The notes beneath the pieces are model-generated. The model saw only the letters and a list, made by a program, of their open reading frames with translations. It searched no databases and was not told the DNA's origin. A program made the position numbers and the translations under genes. 64,000 nucleotides of DNA, from the NCBI GenBank assembly GCA_030390025.1, contig JASTWF010000333.1:186001-250000 (forward strand). Reading direction: 5' to 3'. This stretch comes from Squalus acanthias. Lineage: Eukaryota. Within the stretch, counting starts at the first letter, position 1. Each line of letters opens with the position of its first letter. This document shows positions 37,096 to 48,320 of this stretch, one piece after another.

Positions 37096-37785
37096 ATCTA
37101 TATGATTTTGGATGCCATGGTGGTTATTATATGTTTGTTTTCCTTGATGACTGAGTGGGAATGGGAGGAAAGAAGAGACACCCCCCATGTTTCCTGATGG
37201 CTTTGAAAACCTGAGCTGGGTGACTCTTCACATTTGCTTTCACAGGCACAAAAATGTTTCAACCATTGAAGTAAAATATAAATGTGAAAGAAATCCAAAT
37301 TCTTACCTATTATTAAACACATTTTCTTCTGCCTTACTCACCGTGCTCCTACTTTGCTTCACCAGCCCCACAATCTCCACTTTTATCATTGGAAGGCTTG
37401 ACTCATTATAGTGTGGCCCTAGTTCCTTACATGTTAGCTGCAAAATTACCCATTGATAAAACTTGCCTATTAGAAGGAACAAGAATAAATTGTCCATAAT
37501 TCAATAGTAGTTTGGCCCATAACCCTGGGAAATATAATTCTTTCCATTCATATCAAACTCCTGTCTCCAGCAAGACAAGAGCCTATGCACACTTCCCACT
37601 ACACACCAAGCACACAATCAAAATAAATTATGAAGTACAGTAGATACCAGAAACAGTCTTTGAGTCCAACTTTGCATCAACATAACACCAAACAGCAGCA
37701 GCAGCAGAGGAATAGTCTTGTTTTGCACTAGCTCATTAGCATATAATGAAAACTCAGCAAACGTGGGAGTGAAGATATAAATATA

Positions 37786-38662
37786 TCTGACGAAGGGTCA
37801 TCGACCCGAAACAGTGGCCCAGAAATTAAAGAGGGAGCCTTCGTGCGAGGGTAAGGCTTCCCCGCGATATCTCACTGCGCGCCGGCTTTTTTATTCCGAG
37901 CTCGCACGAACTTGATTTACTAGACAGCAGCTGGGCAGTGCTTGCGTATCCCACAGGCGCAGTTAATTCGTGCGAGCTGTGGATCACGTGATTCAGTTAG
38001 AGCCAATGGCAGCACACCATCTTTCATTCATAGTTTTCAGAGCAAGGGCTGTGAAAGCTATGAATCTATACCCCCCCAAAAGAACAGCTAAACCTCAATT
38101 AAATTTTTTTTAAAAACCATCACATTAATAAAATAAGTATAGTTAAATAAATTAACCACTTTAAACAAAAAATTTAATTTTTGAAAAAATTTAAAATCTT
38201 TTAAAAAGTTATAAAAATAAACTTACCTTTCTTTAAAGTCTCTAAAAAAGATATACCTGTTGAAAAAAATTCAAAATAATACTTAATTAACTACTTACCT
38301 TGTTAAAAGAGGCTCTTACGCCTCCTTTCTTTATGTGCAAAATCTTCCATGCTTACCTGCGCGTTCAAAGCACTAAGTGCACTGCGTGCGCGCAGCCTGT
38401 AGCGCGCATGCAGTTCACCTAGGAACCGCCCCCTTTTGAAATCACCAAGTGCCGGTTTTCAGCGCATGTGCAGTGCATGCAGAAAACCGGCAATTGGAGA
38501 CAGAATACGCGAGAGTACACAGTGCGTACTCTCGCGTAGAGGCACTAATTTTTGGGCCATTAACTCTGTTTCTCTCTCCATGATGCTGCCTGACCTGCTG
38601 AGTGTTTCCAACATTTTCTGTTGTTATTTCAGATTTCCAGCATCCGCAGTATTTTGCTATTG
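37786..38662 (+). mobile_element. Penelope-like pLTR (hammerhead-bearing) interrupted by MITE A
   Basis: CTGACGAAGGGTCATCGACCCGAAAC at 37787-37812 resumes as ATTAACTCTGTTTCTCTCTCCA at 38559. Confidence 0.8.
37816..38558. mobile_element. MITE family A, orientation 2
   Basis: TIRs GGCCCAGAAATT / AATTTTTGGGCC, flanks AGT/ATT. Confidence 0.88.
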
Positions 38663-39638
38663 TACAAATATACCTACCCAGTTAAAAGGGTGGTGTGGAT
38701 TAAGACCAGCTTCTAACCAGCATAAAAGGGTCAATTAAATGGGCTGCAATTATGGCTGATAGCTGCTGTGCTTCATTGTGAACCGTTGCCTGATCTACTT
38801 GCAATGGCTTCTCAAAAGAGATAGAAAAATTGGCATATGCAGATTTAGACAACTGCTGTTGCAATCTCTGCTTCAAGTTACCACCAGCTAGAAAATGACA
38901 TCCGTAAATCACACCAGTGCTTAGTTTAGTGGTATGATTAAACAAATCACCAGTTATTTGCCTGCAGAGCTGATTAACCAACAGTGATAACTATTCCATC
39001 CCAAGTGACAACTATTTAGCCAACCATGACTAGTATTCACATCCAAGGATAAAATTAGAAAGAAAATGTCTCTCTTGATATAATGTGAGATGCACATGAT
39101 TATACCAGACAATCCCTTGATTCACCGCTGAGCTTGAATCACTGCTTCCTCCCATCACACTTTGTCCTTAATTCTTCTTCAGCCGGGAAAGGGCAGCTGC
39201 CTGAACTGTGCTGTTCTCCACATATTCACCAATACCTTTCTATGATTAACTAACATAGGTGCCCTGCTCCTCCCCCAAGAATGGGTATTTTGCTTGCATA
39301 TGGTCTCCATCTAAGAGTTTAGCCAAGAACTAGCCAAAGTGACACAGATTTCAATTTCGGTCAAGGCCGGGATTCAATTGCTAGCATTGGATTTGAAATT
39401 AGGACAGGAACTGGACCATTAACTGTCCTTTAATATAATCAATCACATCGTCTTAAATCATACAGCTGAATCTGCAACTGCTTTAGGCTCTGAACTGAAG
39501 CTGGCCAGAACAACAATAATGAGAACACAATACGATAAGTATGGCTGGTTAAAAATAAATGTAGTTGATGATTGTAATTTAGATCCACAGAGCTTGTTGA
39601 CAGGAACTCCTTTCACATTTCCTACAATTAAAAAAAAA

Positions 39639-40257
39639 TTTTTTTTATTCGTTTATGGGATGTGGGCGTCACTGGCAAGGCCAGCATTTATTGCCCATCC
39701 ATAATTGCCCTTGAGAAGCTGGCGGTGAGCCGGCTTCTTGAACCGCTGCAGTCCGTGTGGTGAAGGTACTCCCACAGTGCTGTTAGGTAGGGAGTTCCAG
39801 GATTTTGGCCCAGCGACAATGAAGGATCAGCAATATACTTCTAAGTCAGGATGGTGTGTGACTTGGAGGGGAACTTAGAGGTGGTGGTGTTCCCATGCGC
39901 CTGCTGCCCTTGTCCTTCTAGGTGGAAGACATCGCGGGTGGGAGGTGCTGCTGAAGAAGCCTTGGCGAGTTGCTGCAGTGCATCTTGTAGATGGTACACA
40001 CTGCAGCCACGGTACGCCGGTGGTGGAGGGAGTGAATGTTTAAGGTGGTGGATGGGGTGCCAATCAAGCGGGCTGCTTTGTCCTGGATGGTGTCGAGCTT
40101 CTTGACTGTTGTTGGAGCTGCACTCATCCAGACAAGTGGAGAGTATTCCATCACACTCCTTACTTGTGCCTTGTAGATGGTGGAAAGGCTTTTGGGAGTC
40201 AGGAGGTGAGACACTCGCCGCAGAATACCCAGCCTCTGACCTGCTCTTGTTGCCACA
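39639..40257 (-). mobile_element. Poly(A)-tailed APE-RT LINE 3' fragment
   Basis: Nearly identical to 31370-31990. Confidence 0.9.
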
Positions 40258-40595
40258 GGGGAGGGGATTCATCAACTATATTGATGCTAATGATATGCCA
40301 TCACTTTTTTGGAATTGAGCATTGTTATAATAATTATGTGCTTCTAAGGGACAATTTTGTCAAGCGACTAAATGAGGGTACGGTTGACAATTAAGAAGTG
40401 TGTTGCAAGTGGTGTAGGAGAGGTGAAGTGTTAGACGTGGGGATGTGAGGATGTTCAGGTGAGGAAGGGGTTTTGGAGTTGTGCAAGGCAGCTGTTGTGT
40501 GTTAGTGGAGCTGTGTAGTCATAGTTCAGAATAGGATGTTGGAGGCGCTCTTAACCAGAGAACATTGCGAAGGGGTGGTTGTGGAAGTGTTGCTT

Positions 40596-40740
40596 TAAGA
40601 CCAAGCTTTTGATCATCTGCCATAACATCTCCTTATGTGGCTCGGTGTCAAAAACATTTTATATAACACTCCTGGTGAAGCGCCTTGGGGCGTTTTATTA
40701 TGTTAAAGACGCTAAATAAATATAAGTTGTTGTTGTTGTT
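40596..40740 (+). mobile_element. L2 3' end
   Basis: GACCAAGCTTTTG...GGCTCGGTGTCAAA...AAGTTGTTGTTGTTG tail. Confidence 0.75.
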
Positions 40741-40799
40741 GTGCTGGTGCCCAGGGGAACCAAGGAAGAAAATAGAGAGATGTGCAGTGTGTTGTCTTA

Positions 40800-41015
40800 C
40801 CTGCCCTGCTGAGGATGTAGAAGTTCTTCTGACACTATTCTACAGTCCTGGGGGTGAAGGAAATGGTACTTGGCGCCAGTGTCATCTCCCTCCAGGTAGC
40901 ACAAGTGATCATTCTGGGAGAGTTGGTGGCACCCACCCTCAGGAGTTTGTTCATATTACCCCTTGGAGCTTGGAGGTTTGAACAAGTGAAGTTCTACACC
41001 CTTCACCTCTGGACA
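40800..41015 (-). pseudogene. Degenerate Harbinger Myb exon
   Basis: Minus strand WREMTLAPSTISFTPRTVE*CQKNFYILSRAG followed by GTAAG, in the same register as the W...RT..QCRKKF.DL motif. Confidence 0.45.
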
Positions 41016-41599
41016 CAGAAGGGACTTGAATATTTATAATTTTGTCCAAGTGTAATAAAAAATATTGATAAAATATGTAGTGAAGTAATTAGAGAGAAAT
41101 GAAGGAGCCAAGCAGTGTTCCTGCCTTACCTTCTTGTCTCCCACTGTTTTGCTGAATAGCTCAGGCTGAACAGGCTGCACAGAAATTTCGAGGTATTTCA
41201 GCTGCTGGTACTGGTTTTACATTAATGTTACACTGATTTTACATCAATGCTTGCCACAATAGATATGCAATTTTGCATATCAAGGAAGCATTTGTGTATC
41301 TCCCTCTAAAGCCAGTGGCAGATATATCAAGGGATAAGGGGCAAAGGCAGGTAACTGGAGTTGAGGTACAGATCAGCCATGATCTAATTAAATAGCGGAA
41401 CAGGCTCAAGGGATTGAAAGGCCTACTTCCGTTCCTAGGTAACACTTTTTTTTTAAAGGTGGAACAGCAGTGTAGCTCACTTTAAGGACATTCTAGGCCA
41501 TTGAAATTTGGGGATCTGCCAGCCACCACCAGAATTAGAACAGACAGAAGCGACCAAAACTAAGCATTTATACATTGTTTAGTATGGAACAGGGTGTAA

Positions 41600-42640
41600 A
41601 ATCCAATACACCATCCGATCCATTTCCCGCGCTTCTGCTCTCACCTCTTCCCCTCCCTCCCAGAACCACAATAGGGTTCCCCTTGTCCTTACCTTTCACC
41701 CCACCAGCCTCCACATTCAACGGATCATCCTCCACCATTTCCGCCACCTCCAGCGTGATCCCACCACCAAACACATCTTCCCCTCCCCTCCTCTTTCAGC
41801 ATTCCGAAGGGACCGCTCCCTCCGTGACACCCTAGTCCACTCCTCTATCAACCCCAACACCCCTTCCCCTTCCACGGCACCTTCCCATGCAAGCGCAGGA
41901 GATGCAACACCTGCCCTTTTACCTTCCCACTGTCCAGGGCCCCAAACACTCCTTCCAGGTGAAACAGCGATTTAATTGTACTTCATGCGATTTAGTATAC
42001 TGCATTCGCTGCTCACGATGCGGTCTCCCCTACATTGGGGAGAGCAAATGCAGATTGGGTGACCGCTTCACGGAACACCTCCGTTCAGTCCGTAAGCGTG
42101 ACCCCGAGCTTCTGGTTGCCTGTCACTTTAATTCTCTGCTCCACTCCCACTCTGACCTCTCTGTCCAATGAAGCTCAACGTAAGCTCGAGGAACAGCACC
42201 TCATCTTTCGATTAGGCACTTTACAACCTTCTAGACTCAACATCGAGTTCAACAATTTCAGACTATAACCTCGGCCCCTATGTTTTCTTTCTTCTCTCAC
42301 ATGGCCGCTGTTGATGATTCTGCCATCGCCATTTACACCTCATCTAGAGTCATCTTTTGTTTCTTAGCTTGTCCCATTACCATCTCCTTTTGCCTTGCAC
42401 CATCATCCCTTTTGTCTTTTAATCTCTCCTGCCTTCCATCCTATCATAGACCTTCCCTTTTGTCCATTTCCTCCCCTCCTCCCTTTCCCTGCCCGACACT
42501 TGCTTAAATATCTGTTACTTCTCCAACTTTTTCCAGTTCTGACGAAGGGTCATCGACCTGAAACGTTAAATCTGTTTCTCTCTCCATGATGCTGCCTGAC
42601 CTGTTGAGTGTTTCCAGCATTTTCTGTTGTTGTTGGTATT
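41600..42640 (+). mobile_element. Penelope-like retroelement 3' part (GIY-YIG endonuclease plus pLTR)
   Basis: FQVKQRFNCTSCDLVYCIRCSRCGLPYIGESKCRLGDRFTEH (GIY-YIG with CxxC) and EEQHLIFRLGTLQPSRLN, followed by a pLTR with a hammerhead. Confidence 0.92.
42533..42574 (+). ncRNA. Minimal hammerhead ribozyme motif in PLE pLTR
   Basis: CAGTT-CTGACGA-A-GGGTC-ATC-GACCT-GAAA-CG-TT-AAATCTG, with palindromic AACGTT stem III and one mismatch in stem I. Confidence 0.6.
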
Positions 42641-45457
42641 GTGAAGTCCAATATCTGTGCTCTGGCAGCTCAGTGCCAGTATCTGAGAAGGATTCAACAT
42701 AATGCAGCACTACCTAATGGGTTGTGGTATCATGAACATCTGCACCTGTCCCTCCTGTCAGAGATGCTTTGACCACTGGCCTTTGGTCCTTGCTTGGGGA
42801 GTTATTTGGAGAGAACCAGCTTTAAAGATCTTCAGGGCACCATCTCTGAGGGTCCAGAGGATCTATCTGATACCATAAGATCTGCTCTCCCACTGATCAG
42901 TGGACACTTAGATCTATGACCCAGCACAAGTGGTGTGGCTAGAATCCACCTTCATGATCCCGCCCTTCTGCTGATTGCAGCTCATATGACCTCAGTTGGC
43001 TTCCTCAGATATCTGATCATATAGGTGTCAGGATACAGGATCAGGCTGCCCATGCAATTGCAGTGGCAACACAGCCCACTAAGAGTCTTCCTGAGAATCT
43101 GAAGCCCTAAGATGAGGGCCACCCGTCCCAAGAGGCTCATGATACCAAAGTGCAGCCAAGCACCACCAGCATCCCTGGCCCTCAGGTATCACCTTAACTT
43201 AGCACCAGGATAGGTTTAAGAACAGCACAGAGAAGCACTAGGGGTCGGCACGGTACTAATAGGAAGCACTTGCTGTAAGGTAAACCACTTTGTGTCCTGA
43301 AGTTAGTCTGTTCTTTGTTTTTTGTGCTTGAAAGATTTTTGACGGTTGCAACAAGAGACAATTTTATCTAAATCTTCTTATTGAACCATTGTATCCTTAA
43401 GCTGATTTCTGCTAAGACATCATCAGTGGAGCAATATAATCTTGTAGATTCTGTTAGAAGAGTATCTCCTAGTTGATCTTCTCATATATTGTAGCCTTTT
43501 ATTTGCCTCTGTCATTTTCTCTTCCTCCTGTTCCTGTTCTGCCTACAGTATAAGGACATGTATGGGAATGACCATAGTGAATGCCATGGTAAGAGTTCCA
43601 TGACTACTACTTCTATAGTTACTGGAACTACCTTGTGAGCTGATGTTCTTTCCCTCCAGCGATATGTTTACATCCTTGTTTACATGGGTTGAGCTTGACA
43701 TAGGTTTCAGTATTTGACCTTTGCTCCATAAATAGGATTCAGCGGCTTCCAGGAAGGCAAATGGGCCAGAGGACCATTTTTAGGATGAGACATCCACCTT
43801 GAAATTGGATTGGGACCTCTCCCCCAGCATAAGTACGGTGGTTGCGAGGCCCCGTACTGCTGTCGGTGTGGCTGCATCCCACATTTGGGAGACTGGTTTA
43901 TTTACATGACCAGGGGGGAAGCCCCGATCATCTGGTGGATGTGAACTGCTCCAACAGGGGGAGCCCAGGTCCAGGAAAGGTCAAAAAAATGTATTAGGCA
44001 AATTGAAGTTTTATTTCTAAAGGAGCAATTTGGAGGCATTTCAAAAGTAATCACTAACCTCAAGAATCATTTATCTTTATCACTAGAGATTCTATGGCCT
44101 TTAATAGGCATCAGCGGATCACACATCAACTCTCAGGCAGAATGGGCGATTGTCCCAGGGTAGCCTGGCATGGCCTCTTGACATGGGGAGAGGGCGGGTG
44201 GAAGATCCTCCTCAGCAGAATTTAAAAGGACATTACAAATGAGGCACAAACCCGATGCAATCCCAATTCCTGTGCCCTCAGGTGGAAATCACTTTTTTGC
44301 GCTCTCAAGCCCCAGAAATTTTAGGGCCACCCTACTTTTTTAAGGCATTTTTTTCCCCTTCTTTTTTTGGACAATTGCCAGTCAGGAAAGCTCATGGGTG
44401 AGTTGGTTATGCCCTATTCCCAGTGCGGCTCTAAAACACAAAGAGGGACAAAAAAAAAAGAGAACAAACAAGTTCTTTCTCCCTTCCCCTATGTGGAGTA
44501 TAAAAACATTTACAATTCTTACACAACTTGTAGTTTATTGGGGAATTGGCACTTATTGTCACAAATTCCATTTAAAATCTTAAGCTTTTAACTTTTCAAG
44601 TTATTCCTGTACATATGTACAACTATTTGTGCCAAAACAGTTAAGAAATATATATGGGCTGATTCTCCAATCAGACGTTTTCAGCAAGAAGCAGCATTCG
44701 CAGGGAACACTACTCTGGAAATCACAGGCCCACAGTCCCTCATTTTCCATCCATCTAAATCAATAAACAGGAAATTAGTGACTCCAGGCCCAGGCTTCCC
44801 TGAAAGTGTGAGCACTGCTTCTCTCCAGAATGCCGGGTTGGGGAATAAGATCTACAGATTAATGAAGCCTTATTTTTATAGACATGCCACAAGAGACAAA
44901 CAGTGCTTGCACAACTGTGGGAGATTAAAGTGCTTTATTAAAAAATTGGAAGCCCTTTTATAGTATGAAGGTCACTTTATCATTTTATTTTTAAATGCGT
45001 GGATTTCTGAAAATCCCAGTGACTGCGTTTTCTGTCACATCTTATCTGCTTTCCAAATCGTGGAAAATGTGAAGAGATAACACGGTCTGATCTGACTTAG
45101 GATCAGCTGTTCAATATGAAGTCATCAAACCTTCAAATTTTCCCTAGTCACCACATGTTATACCACCAGAGTGAATTTACATTGACAAACTGATCATCTT
45201 CACTGACCCACAAACAGGTTGGGAAGAAAAACAACTTCACAATCAACTGCTGTTCTCTGGCATTGCAGCATTGCTATTACAGATATCATTTGAAATTTGA
45301 GCTGCCAGGAATGGGTCAGGGCAGCAGTACAACAGCTGAGATACCAAACTGTCATATTTAGAACAGAGATTGAGTTTTTCATTAAAATCGAGGGGCACTA
45401 AATTCTGTGACTTTTATTTTGGGGGAGGGCGGTGGGGGGAGGGGTGTTAAAAGTAAT

Positions 45458-46214
45458 GGCCTAGAAATTCCGTTCCCTACGGGTGGGTACGCGCTGTGAA
45501 CTCACCCGTAGGGCCAACGGAAGTGCCGGTTTTACGCATGTACTGCGCATGCGCTGGAAACCAGCACTTCCGTTCTCTGCAGAAAGGGCTTCCCAGGTCA
45601 AACGCCTGCGCCGGATAGGCAGCGCGTACGTTAGAAACTTCCGGTTTTTTCACACTGGCTTGAGTCCAGGTAAGTCGGGAACAGCTGCGCCTAGAAAAGC
45701 AGGCGCAAGGCCTGCTTTTAGCAGGCTAATAGTTTAAGAAAGTAAAAAAAAAATTTTTCCACTGATTTATCATTTTAAAATACTTTAAAGAAAGGTAAGT
45801 TTAATTTTAGCCCCGTTAAAAACTTTAATTATTTTTTTCAAAAATTTAAATTTTTGTTTAAAATAGTTAATTTATGTAATTTATGGTCATTTTAAAAATG
45901 TGATTTTTAAAAAAAATTATTTGAAGTTTTACTTATGTTTTGGGGCTGATCTCTATTCATAGATTTGACAGGTCTTCCTCTCAAATCTATGAATGGAGAT
46001 TCCCTGCTCTGATTGGCTCCCCTTGGCCCACGTGATCCCAGGGACGCTGTGAACTAGCTGCGCCCCTGGGATACGCGAGCCCTGCACACCGGCAGTTTGA
46101 AGAGGCACAGCAACGGAATTCTGCGCCTCCCGGGAGCCCTCCAGTCCAAGGTGCAGATTTTTCCAAATCGCAGCCCTCCGCGCGCGGGAGGGCTGCGAAC
46201 GGAATTTCTGGGCC
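45458..46214. mobile_element. MITE family A, orientation 1
   Basis: TIRs GGCCTAGAAATTCCGTTC / GAACGGAATTTCTGGGCC and TSD AAT/AAT. Confidence 0.9.
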
Positions 46215-46236
46215 AATATAGTTCCAGTGCAGTCAA

Positions 46237-46545
46237 GGGAACGGTAGCATAGTGGTAATGTCACTGGGCTAGTAATCCTAGAGGCTTGGACTAATGATCC
46301 AAAGACGTGAGTTCAAATCCCACCATGGCAGCTGGGGAATTTAAATTCAGTTAGTTAAATAAATCTGGAATAAAAAACTAGTATCAGTAATGGTGATCAT
46401 GAAACTATCGGATTGTTGTTAAAAACCCATCTGGTTCACTAATGCCCTTTAGGGAAGGAAATCTGCCGTCCTTATATGTGACTCCAGACCCACAGCAATG
46501 TACAGCCCTCTGAAATGGCCTAGCAAGCCACTCAGTTGTACCAAA
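46237..46545 (+). mobile_element. tRNA-derived SINE head plus conserved central domain (MetaSINE-like), continuous with the downstream LINE
   Basis: A box TAGCATAGTGG (46245-46255), B box GTTCAAATCC (46311-46320), then AAAACCCATCTGGTTCACTAATG.CCTTTAGGGAAGGAAATCTGCC. No SINE tail or poly(A) before the LINE. Confidence 0.75.
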
Positions 46546-48320
46546 CTGCTACAATAATAAGAATGAAACCGGACGGACCACCCGACATCGACCTCGGCAC
46601 CGGCTGCGGACATGGCAACAGCCCAGTCGACCCTGCAAGGTCCTCCTCACCAACATCTGGGGACTTGTGCCAAAATTGGGAGAGCTGTCCCACAGACTAG
46701 TCAAGCAACAGCCTGACAGAATCATAGCTTTCAGCCAATGTCCCAAACTCCTCCATCACCACCGGCAGGACGCACCAACCAGGGGTGGCGGTACAGTGAT
46801 ATACAGTCAGGAAGGAGTAGCCCTGGGAGTCCTCAACATTGACTCCAGACCCCATGAAGTCTCATGGCTTCTGGGTAAGGAAACCTCCTGCTGATTATCA
46901 CCTAGTGCCCTCCCTCAGCTGATGAATCAGTACTCCTCCATGTTGAACACCACTTGGAAGAAGCACTGAGAGTAGTAAGGGCACAGAATGTACTCTTCAA
47001 CGTCCATCACCAAGAGTGGCTCGGTAGCACCACTACTGGCCGAGTCCTGAAGGACATAGCTGCCAGTTTGGGCCTGCGACAGGTGGTGAGAGAACCAACA
47101 CGAGGGGAAAAACCTACTTGACCTCGTCCTCACCAATCTACCTGTTGCAGATGCATGACAGTATTGGTAGCAGTCATTGTGGAGATAAAGTCCCGCCTTC
47201 ACATTGAGGATACCCTCCATTGTGTTGTGTGGCACTACCACCGTGCGAAATGGGGTAGATTCAGAACAGATCTAGCAGCTCAAAACTGGGCATCAAAGAG
47301 GTGCTGTTGGCCATCAGCAGCAGAAGAATTGTATTCCACCACAATCTGTAAACCTCATGGCCCGGCATATCCCTCACTCTACCATTACCATTACCATTAA
47401 GCCAGGGGACCAACCCTGGTTCAATAAGGAGTGTAGAAGAGCATGCCAGGGGCAGCACCAGGCTTACCTAAAAAAAATGAGGTGCCAACCTGGGAAAGCT
47501 GGACCACATAGCATACTAAAAAGCGGAAGCAGCATGCTATAGACAGAGCTAAGCGATCCCACAATCAATGGATCAGATCAAAGCTCTGCAGTCCCGCCAC
47601 ATCCAGTCGTGAATGGTGGTGGACCATTAAACAACTAACAGGAGGAGGAGGCTCCAAGAATATCCCCATCCTCAATGATGGTGGAGCCCAGCACGTGAGC
47701 GCAAAAGACAAGGCTGAAGCGTTTGCAGCCAGAAGTGCCGAGTGGATGATCCATATCAGCCTACTCCTGAGGTCCCCACCATCACAGAAGCCAGTCTTCA
47801 GCCAATTCGATTAACTCTACGTGATATCAAGAAACAGCTGAGCGCACTGGATACAGCAAAGGCTATGGGCCCTGACAACATCCCGGCTCTTGTGCTCTAG
47901 AACTAGCCGCACCTCTAGCCAAGCTGTTCCAGTATAGCTACAACACTGGCATCTATCCAACAATGTGGAAAACTGCCCAGGTATGTCCTGTCCACAAAAA
48001 GCAGGACAAATCCAATCCAGCCTATCAGTCTACTCTCACTCATCAGCAAAGTGATGGAAGGTGTCATCCACAGTGCTATGAAGCGGCACCTGCTCACTGA
48101 TGCCCAGTTTGGGTTCCGCCAGGACCACTCGGCTCCCAACCTCATTACAGCCTTGGTAAAAACATGGACAAAGGAGCTGAATTCCAGAGGTGAGGTGAGA
48201 GTGACTGCCTTGACGTCAAGGCAGCATTTGACCGAGTGTGGCATCAAGGAGCCCTAGTAAAACTGAAGTCAATGGGAATCGGGGGGAAAACTCTCCACTG
48301 GCTGGAATCATACCTAGCAC
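46546..48320 (+). mobile_element. APE-RT LINE 5' two-thirds (same family as 31370-32970), frameshifted
   Basis: APE N-terminus CKVLLTNIWGLVPKLGEL...QPD, RGGG, LDLVLTN, followed by PWFN, GPDNIP and QFGFR. 47820-48320 matches the reverse complement of 32420-32970. Confidence 0.9.
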
